This document shows, in pieces, positions 57,556 to 64,000 of a stretch of 64,000 bases of DNA; position 1 is the first letter of the stretch, and each line of letters begins with the position of its first letter. The stretch lies in the IMG/VR virus record IMGVR_UViG_3300042540_000949, positions 1-64,000 of that record. One strand, given 5' to 3'. The stretch is from a virus. Made by a program: the position numbers and the translations under genes. The notes beneath the pieces were generated by a model. That model was given only the letters and a program-made list of their open reading frames with translations, searched no databases and was not told the origin of the DNA.

Positions 57556-60500
57556 TTACGTTAATGTTATTGTGCAAGTTTGTGAACCATCATAATCATC
57601 ATACATTTCAGGGCAAATAAATCCATCCGAACAGATCCAACATCTTGGATTTACCATTGTTACGTTTGGATTTTCCTCAAATTGTTGCAAAGTTCTCCAA
57701 GTTCTAACCACATTTCTTTCAATAACTTCACATGGACCCGGAACAGGATCGCATGCATATGACAGTGGACGAGCCAAACCACATCCACTTTGTCCCCAAG
57801 CCATACATGGTTGTTCTACACAACATTTTGGTAAAGGTTTTCCTTGATAATATACTGTGATAGAATGTAACTGGGAAGCAAAATATACAATCATTTCTTC
57901 TCTTTGAATAATCTTATTTCCTTGTGGTATAAAAGATGTATTATATTCAGCAGAAATAAAAACATCACCCGGAATATTATTGTCCAAACTTCTTTTTCCA
58001 CCAATCCAATAACTGTCTGGTCCTAATTGTGTTGCAACATATTTGCCACCAGAATATTGATTGAGTTTTTGAACATAAGTACTTAACCGACACCCTGCTG
58101 CAATAATTCGTGGACCTTCATTAGAAGGTTCTCCTGTATCATTTTCACAACCCGGTCCAAAGTCTCCATATTCTCTATAAATTGGTATATATCCTGCCGG
58201 AATTGAACTATATGGTACACAACCAGGATTATCTGGATCAACTACAACACATTCAGCCACAATAGAATAACCAGGATCTCTAAATGTTCTTTCATTTATT
58301 GCTGAAGCATCTGGTATTCCCGTTATATCTGGGACTATTCCACATGAAGCAATATAATCAAAACAACCCTCAGCCCACCCAGAACCTGCTAAACCACCAA
58401 TACCAGCCGAGCCTTCATTATTAAATGAAAAATTATTTCCAAAATTATCTATTGGAAATGGGCAGTATAAAAAGAAAGTCGGAGAACCGGGTGTAGTTGG
58501 TGGATTAAAACATCCAGGTACTGGTGGTAAGTCACAATTTCCACTATCTCTGGATTCTGTATATGTTCCAGTATTGGGATCTAAATAAGTCACATTATAA
58601 GAAGCACTGTCACTATAGGAGCCATCAAAATCACAATCACATAGTTCAATTTTGTTACAACCAGCATCAAATGGTAATCTACCATTAAAAGAAATGCTTA
58701 CATCAACTGTAGCCCTGTATGGTGATGTTCCACTCCAATATTCACGAACTTCCACGCAACAATTTGGAGGATTTCCTTGGCCACCAGTATTGTTTTCAGG
58801 ATTTGTTCCACCTTCTTGATTTTCACAATCATTGTTTTGTGGTCCATCGCCAAATGGATTAGAACAAGAATCACATGGATTTTCTAATATTACTTCTCCT
58901 ATCGAACCTCTGTTATAAAATTGATCACCAAAAGGTTCCCATAAAGAAGTTTTCCAAACTAAGTAGTACCAATTGTCTTTCTTTGTATAAAATATGTCTG
59001 GATAATCATCTGGATTTTGACAAGAAATAAATGGTTCGGGACAAATTTGAACAGGTTGGCAAGGACAATTGTTTACGTTAAAGCAATTAATTATTTTGTC
59101 ATCTTCATTTGTAATTTCGCATATAGGCAGAGCATACAAACCTTTGCAACAATCCGCATAAGGTCTGCAACCAATATCTGTAAATACTGCATCCTCGGGA
59201 ACCAAGTAGTCGGGATCACACAAAACACCACACTGATAAGAAAGATAATACAATTCTCCGTCATACTTAAATGTTCTGTATTTTACTTCTTGAACTTCTC
59301 CTGTTGGTGTTTCGTTTGGTAAAGTAAAACCAGAAGGACCACAAGATCCACAGACACCAGTGCAAACAAATGCACCAACCCAAGCACCACCACACCCTCC
59401 ACCGATTGGAAAGTCTTTTGCAGGACCCGAACTACCTCTATTTACTGCTCCCGTTGTACCCCTTCCATCTATAACTGTATCAAATCCAATTAAAGACGAT
59501 CCACCACACGGATAATAACCAGATGCACCACATGAACCACATGTTCCGCAACAATTGTTTATTTTATCACAGATATATCCAGCCTGCTCATCAGTCAAAC
59601 AAATATAGGTTTTATCTGGAATCTCTGAAAGAGATTCATTACAGGGACATCGTAATGCAGCAAATTGAATGGCAATTTTTCCGGGCATTCCATTTTCTGA
59701 ATTATTTTTAGGAACATAACCAACCACTCCATTTATTTGCTCCAACCCCCCAATGCTTGAAACATCAGTGGTCCAATACATAGGATCACACATATTTGGT
59801 GGACCATTATCAGTTCCTGACCTTGCCAAAGGATCTATGGTGCTGCTTCCACCACCTCCACCAAATCCCGTTTTTCCTCCACCTCCACCACCTCTCAATC
59901 CACCGCCACCACCACCGCCACCAACAATAGATCCACGTCCACCACTAGATACTATTCCACTTTGGGCACCACATCCACCACAACCACCCTGTGTTTGATT
60001 TCCACCAAATCCCCCATCTGGTCCGTTTGCTTTTTTTCCTGCAGTAACTCCACCATGACCTCCACCACTGCTGTCGTTTCCTGCACCACCACCTCCACCA
60101 GCAATTAAAAATGCACTTTGTGGTTGCATCATATTCTCAGAAACAAAAGCAGCACCACCACCCCATGAACCAAATCCTTGTCCACCACCACCGGGGACGG
60201 TGGAAATATTTCCAGTCCATCCAGTTACGCTTCTGGTGGTATTTGCACCCAATCCACCAAAGCCAACACAGGCAACATAATTTTTATTGTATGGTCCTCT
60301 TTTTTGGGTATACGCTCCATTGCCTCCGGGAAGGTTTATGATTTTTCCACCACCCCCAGCACCCCATGCTTTGTAAAGCAATCCTCTTTCTTCATCTAAA
60401 ATTAAATCATAACATTTTTGCTGAATGCAGCCACCAAATCCACCATTGTAACTACCAAATGCACCTCCAGAACTTTGATCAGCACAACTTATTCCTTTAA

Positions 60501-60753
60501 TTTTAATTGGAACACTTGTATAACCAAAATCAAAATCTGGAAAGGGAAAATATGGATGCAATATACCAAAAGGACCACAAATCCCTAAAGCAGGATTGTT
60601 TTTTAAAAGTTGTTCTATTTGGGACATTGAGGCATTACCAGCAAAACCAGTAAAGCCATCGTCATTATAACCACCAAAAAATTTAGTACCCCAATATCTA
60701 CAGGGTATTGCTATCCAATGTCCTTTACCACAACAACAAGCTTTTGTTGGCAT
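57556..60753 (-). CDS. Large Cys- and Gly-rich late protein (putative virion/adhesin)
   Basis: MPTKACCC start, glycine-rich domain (WGAGGGG...GGGGAG...GGGGGS), many Cys clusters; TATAAATA at 60778-60785. Confidence 0.6.
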   Translation of the reverse strand: MPTKACCCGKGHWIAIPCRYWGTKFFGGYNDDGFTGFAGNASMSQIEQLLKNNPALGICGPFGILHPYFPFPDFDFGYTSVPIKIKGISCADQSSGGAFGSYNGGFGGCIQQKCYDLILDEERGLLYKAWGAGGGGKIINLPGGNGAYTQKRGPYNKNYVACVGFGGLGANTTRSVTGWTGNISTVPGGGGQGFGSWGGGAAFVSENMMQPQSAFLIAGGGGGAGNDSSGGGHGGVTAGKKANGPDGGFGGNQTQGGCGGCGAQSGIVSSGGRGSIVGGGGGGGGLRGGGGGGKTGFGGGGGSSTIDPLARSGTDNGPPNMCDPMYWTTDVSSIGGLEQINGVVGYVPKNNSENGMPGKIAIQFAALRCPCNESLSEIPDKTYICLTDEQAGYICDKINNCCGTCGSCGASGYYPCGGSSLIGFDTVIDGRGTTGAVNRGSSGPAKDFPIGGGCGGAWVGAFVCTGVCGSCGPSGFTLPNETPTGEVQEVKYRTFKYDGELYYLSYQCGVLCDPDYLVPEDAVFTDIGCRPYADCCKGLYALPICEITNEDDKIINCFNVNNCPCQPVQICPEPFISCQNPDDYPDIFYTKKDNWYYLVWKTSLWEPFGDQFYNRGSIGEVILENPCDSCSNPFGDGPQNNDCENQEGGTNPENNTGGQGNPPNCCVEVREYWSGTSPYRATVDVSISFNGRLPFDAGCNKIELCDCDFDGSYSDSASYNVTYLDPNTGTYTESRDSGNCDLPPVPGCFNPPTTPGSPTFFLYCPFPIDNFGNNFSFNNEGSAGIGGLAGSGWAEGCFDYIASCGIVPDITGIPDASAINERTFRDPGYSIVAECVVVDPDNPGCVPYSSIPAGYIPIYREYGDFGPGCENDTGEPSNEGPRIIAAGCRLSTYVQKLNQYSGGKYVATQLGPDSYWIGGKRSLDNNIPGDVFISAEYNTSFIPQGNKIIQREEMIVYFASQLHSITVYYQGKPLPKCCVEQPCMAWGQSGCGLARPLSYACDPVPGPCEVIERNVVRTWRTLQQFEENPNVTMVNPRCWICSDGFICPEMYDDYDGSQTCTITLT

Positions 60754-60780
60754 ACAATAATCCTTACACTTACAGATTAT

Positions 60781-61155
60781 TTATATCGTATGTATACCAT
60801 CATCCATGGTGTAATAAATTTTGTGGAATACTTCCTCACACCACTTTGTGCAAACACAACATGGCTTTGAGTTTCTAAAGTTTCCAAATCTATTGAATCT
60901 AAAATTCAAAAGAATCAACTTTTCACCACGAAGATTCTTTGGAACTTTTCGATATGCATCCAATTCCGAATGCATATCGGAGCACCTATAACCCAAGCGC
61001 AAAGTATCGGGGTGGGTCTTAAAAACATTCTGACCCACCGCGATAACTTTGCGCTTGTAAATTACTAGTGAAATGTGCTTCTTCTGTCTTTCCATTGCCA
61101 TCGAAAGCGGCTTGGCAATGGGCATGTAATTTTGGATTACAGTATCAATGTTCAT
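60781..61155 (-). CDS. Cytidine/deoxycytidylate deaminase-like protein
   Basis: H...VIAVGQN...HSE...SKPCCVC zinc motif. Confidence 0.75.
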   Translation of the reverse strand: MNIDTVIQNYMPIAKPLSMAMERQKKHISLVIYKRKVIAVGQNVFKTHPDTLRLGYRCSDMHSELDAYRKVPKNLRGEKLILLNFRFNRFGNFRNSKPCCVCTKWCEEVFHKIYYTMDDGIHTI

Positions 61156-61158
61156 TCA

Positions 61159-61464
61159 TCACTTCGTCAGCTTCAGCTCAGGACCCTTCAGGCTCCCGCT
61201 GGGCGTGGCGATTCCCTTGTTCAAGGAATTGTCATACTGCGTCTTGAGTTCGTCAAGAGGCTCAATGCTGAAAGCAATGAATGACAGAGGAACTTGTACG
61301 CCATTCTTTGCCTTGGTGTACATCATCCATGGCATTAGACCGATTTGGCCCTGACCCACTGGAACCAAAATTGCTGGATCCTTGAGGGTGACATGGCTGT
61401 CAGTCATTTCGTAGCGTGCTAAGATCTCTTCGCCTGATACAAGTCTAAATACTTTTACGTTCAT
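61159..61464 (-). CDS. Sm-like conserved T4-type hypothetical protein
   Basis: KVFRLVSGEEILA...LKDP...GLMPW; start 61464 with SD AAGGA and promoter TTGCTA-N16-TATAGT (61487-61514). Confidence 0.6.
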   Translation of the reverse strand: MNVKVFRLVSGEEILARYEMTDSHVTLKDPAILVPVGQGQIGLMPWMMYTKAKNGVQVPLSFIAFSIEPLDELKTQYDNSLNKGIATPSGSLKGPELKLTK

Positions 61465-61525
61465 GTGAATCCTTTTGTTAATGAGAACTATACTACTTAT
61501 CCTACTTTTAGCAAGCATTAATACT

Positions 61526-62167
61526 ATGAAATCTTTCAAAGAATACCTAATAGAAAATCAACAAATAAAATGCGATGTAAACGGTATCTGCAAAATTATC
61601 AGAGAATATGAATCTGCAGGCAATGAAGAAAAAATATTGGGTGTCTATAAAGACAGCAAAGGTTTGGATACCATAGGACATGGTCATTTAATTACAAAAA
61701 ATTCTCCAGCAATTATTGGCAAAGCAATCAAAGACCCCAATCGTGTTAGTAGAATTTTGGCAAGCCAAGACCGAATGACTCCAGAAGAAGCAGAAAGTTT
61801 GCTGAGAATAGATGTCGAATCAAGATTGCCAACTGTTAAAAAATTAGCACCTGATTTTGAAAATTATTCACCAGAACTGCAAGCAGAACTTGCTTCAGAA
61901 ACATTCAGAGGAATGACAGGCAAATCTCCAAAAGCAATGCAACATCTTCGTGCAGGACGATTTGAAGACGCTGCACAAGAATATTTGAATGCTAAAGATT
62001 ACAGAGAATCTGTTCGTGATGAAACTGGAATTGCAAACAGAATGAAAAATCTATCTGATGCAATCAGAAGGGAAGGTCAGCGTAGAGCAAAAAGTCAGGC
62101 TGCTTCAACTCAAACCACTCAGGCACCTCGCAGTTCTTCCACTTCGCAAACCGCGCCTTCTCGTTGA
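61526..62167 (+). CDS. T4-lysozyme-like (GH24) protein with an N-terminal capsid-targeting-like sequence
   Basis: MKSFKEYLIE start; YE...VYKDSKGLDTIGHGHLI matches the T4L E/D/T catalytic pattern. Confidence 0.75.
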   Translation: MKSFKEYLIENQQIKCDVNGICKIIREYESAGNEEKILGVYKDSKGLDTIGHGHLITKNSPAIIGKAIKDPNRVSRILASQDRMTPEEAESLLRIDVESRLPTVKKLAPDFENYSPELQAELASETFRGMTGKSPKAMQHLRAGRFEDAAQEYLNAKDYRESVRDETGIANRMKNLSDAIRREGQRRAKSQAASTQTTQAPRSSSTSQTAPSR

Positions 62168-62627
62168 TGTAATAATTGCGATAAGCAATAACGGCATCTG
62201 AATTTCGATACTGATCTGGCATGGCCTGAGCAAACGGAGTAAGTTTGCCTTTAGTAATGTTCGCAGGCGGATCATAAAGTTCATCCATGAGCATTTTTTC
62301 CATGACATGCACTTTGCCATAACGACGAGTGTATTCTTTGCATAGAGCGTGTGCATGCTTCCACAACCAAAGATAATTTGCACGGGTTTCTCTTGCCCAG
62401 ATGGTGCAAGGATGGTTGATCATAGTGCAACGACAAATGTTTGTGTTGCCGTTGCTGAATGTCTTGTATTCTTTCTTCTTGCCTTTGGTCATAACTGGCT
62501 CACCGTCAAGAACATGGTGAGCAGTTGAAAGCAACTGACAAGATTCTAAAATCATTTTTACGACGTGTTTGTTACACATCATGCGAGCAGAAGTTGCTGC
62601 GTCAGGATCAAGAACAAAAATATTCAT
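62064..62627 (-). CDS. Pyrimidine-dimer DNA glycosylase/DenV-family protein
   Basis: MNIFVLD...KHVVKMILESCQLLST...NHPCTIW...PFAQAMP...AYRNYY. Confidence 0.75.
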   Translation of the reverse strand: MNIFVLDPDAATSARMMCNKHVVKMILESCQLLSTAHHVLDGEPVMTKGKKKEYKTFSNGNTNICRCTMINHPCTIWARETRANYLWLWKHAHALCKEYTRRYGKVHVMEKMLMDELYDPPANITKGKLTPFAQAMPDQYRNSDAVIAYRNYYINEKARFAKWKNCEVPEWFELKQPDFLLYADLPF

Positions 62628-63658
62628 ACTTCGTTGGTCTCAAAAATGCTGTTAATGGTGCGATTGACTTTGATTAGTTTACCATTGGAATACAGAGAAG
62701 GCAAGTCAAAAGCGCCAACATAAGAACAAGCCGAGCGAATACCACCAAAAATTTCTTGTACCGTATTGCGTACAGATCCACGATATGGGACCTCCACAGT
62801 GCGTCCTTCGGATGCACGATAATCGGAAAGCCCACCGCTGTATTTTTCATTCGCAGTTCGACTGCTCATTCCATAATGCAACATTGTGAGCTCTCCATGC
62901 TCCTTGTGTCGAATCTCTCCACCACACTCGTCATGGCCAGTGAACATCCCACCAGCCATGACGAAAGCCGAACCAGCGACAAATGCTTTTGCAAAGTCAC
63001 CGGGATAATTTATTCCGCCGTCAGCAACGATCCCAATACCGTATGCTTCGGCTGTTTCCACACACTCTAGCACTGCGGAGAGTTGGGGATATCCCACCCC
63101 TGCCACTCGCCGGGTCAGACACATCGATCCCGAGCCGATTCCCACTTTTACTAGGTCTGCGCCAGCCGTTGACAACGCCTCTACCCCCTCTGGGGTCACA
63201 ACATTCCCTGCAATCAATATTGACTTGGGCCATTTCTCTCTCACCTTTCTTGTAAAGTTATGAAACTCCGTCATGTAACCATTTGCCACATCAAGGCAAA
63301 TGAAAGTCGGGTCATGAATCTCGGATGTATCAACGAACAGTTTGCTGTCGGAATCCAATCCAAGAGTCAAAGAAACATAGGGTTCTTTTTCAGGATGCAT
63401 ATTCACAAAAGCAGAATAATAATTTCCACCCTTGCGAAGGCAAGTGATCATTTTGTACTCCGCAAGAACCTCTGCCATCTTGTGAGTTCCAACTGTTGAC
63501 ATGTTTGCTGCCATGATTGGAATTCCTCTCCAAGAAGATCCACACTTAAATGTGGTCTCCACTTCAAGATTCACTTCTTTGCGAGACTTAACATCCGAAA
63601 GCGATGGCACGATAAGCACATCGGAATAATCCAATTTGGGTTCGTAGTTGACAATCAT
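62624..63658 (-). CDS. guaC: GMP reductase
   Basis: KLDYSDVLI, PIMAANM, CLDVANGY, KVGIGSGSMCLTR, YRASEG; no CBS domains; promoter TTGACA-N16-TATATT at 63666-63693. Confidence 0.92.
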   Translation of the reverse strand: MIVNYEPKLDYSDVLIVPSLSDVKSRKEVNLEVETTFKCGSSWRGIPIMAANMSTVGTHKMAEVLAEYKMITCLRKGGNYYSAFVNMHPEKEPYVSLTLGLDSDSKLFVDTSEIHDPTFICLDVANGYMTEFHNFTRKVREKWPKSILIAGNVVTPEGVEALSTAGADLVKVGIGSGSMCLTRRVAGVGYPQLSAVLECVETAEAYGIGIVADGGINYPGDFAKAFVAGSAFVMAGGMFTGHDECGGEIRHKEHGELTMLHYGMSSRTANEKYSGGLSDYRASEGRTVEVPYRGSVRNTVQEIFGGIRSACSYVGAFDLPSLYSNGKLIKVNRTINSIFETNEV

Positions 63659-63693
63659 TTTTCAAAATATATCACTCAAAACAGATCTGTCAA

Positions 63694-63873
63694 TTATTTG
63701 TCGTAGTTTTCGATTCTCATTATTGCGTCCCGAAGATTCAACATCTTCTGTGCTAGTTCTTTGGACGTAATTTTACCCCGAAGATAATCCTCATATTTCG
63801 AAAGAATGATCTTCGATTCTCTGAAGAGAACAGCATGAAGGTGAGTAATGCTTTGGGAATCATCGGATGGCAC
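63694..63873 (-). CDS. Small hypothetical protein (59 aa; absent from the ORF track)
   Basis: GTG start, MPSDDSQSITHLHAVLFRESKIILSKYEDYLRGKITSKELAQKMLNLRDAIMRIENYDK*; ATAAATA at 63879-63885. Confidence 0.5.
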   Translation of the reverse strand: MPSDDSQSITHLHAVLFRESKIILSKYEDYLRGKITSKELAQKMLNLRDAIMRIENYDK

Positions 63874-63881
63874 AAAACTAT

Positions 63882-64000
63882 TTATTCAAGTTCGATTGTG
63901 TCATCACGAACAAACTTGATAACACGGTCCATGTAGAAAGAACGCCATCCTTGTTTGTCAATGTCCCAAACAACAACCCTGTCACCCTTCAACGGACTGA
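63882..64000 (-). CDS. Partial WYL_2/SH3-like protein (C-terminus only)
   Basis: ...VVVWDIDKQGWRSFYMDRV...* motif. Confidence 0.6.
   Translation of the reverse strand, partial: SPLKGDRVVVWDIDKQGWRSFYMDRVIKFVRDDTIELE

Noticed and set aside
59753-59998. Polyproline plus-strand ORF
   Set aside because: Reverse complement of the polyglycine tract in ORF 57556-60753
62624-63658. IMP dehydrogenase (guaB)
   Set aside because: Length, lack of CBS domains and the AANM, DVANGY and YRASEG motifs fit GMP reductase better
1-64000. Stop-codon reassignment, introns or inteins
   Set aside because: Core genes (gp17, 20, 23, 44, 46, uvsW) are uninterrupted and of expected length in code 11

Overview
This window is the core of a large T4-like (myovirus) phage genome read in the standard code; I saw no tRNA, rRNA, CRISPR array, intron or intein. 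Left to right it holds: collagen/fibre-type virion genes (1-7085); a GT2-TPR glycosyltransferase directly downstream of the gp55-47-46-45-44-62-regA block (7097-14590); a 16-gene AT-rich glycan island (14593-26377); uvsY-uvsW; the head/tail morphogenesis block (29119-51732); gp32 and gp33; and accessory genes including a 1065-aa Cys/Gly-rich protein, a lysozyme with a capsid-targeting-like N-terminus, a DenV-like protein and guaC. The best candidate for an undescribed system is virion glycosylation. Most structural proteins, including the variable loop of the major capsid protein, are rich in G-x-T/S motifs and in a G-x-C variant, while by eye the replication enzymes are not. The phage also encodes a SunS-like GT2-TPR enzyme and a glycan island whose distal genes sit behind a late-type promoter. 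Together these suggest sequon-directed O- and possibly S-(Cys)-glycosylation of the virion; this is an inference. Other signals: an SD-preceded -1 slippery site that would fuse gp26 to gp51, ten sigma70-like promoters all with a 16-bp spacer, many apparently leaderless transcripts, a split baseplate hub, and short repeats at the uvsY promoter. All product calls come from motif recognition and synteny; no database searches were run.
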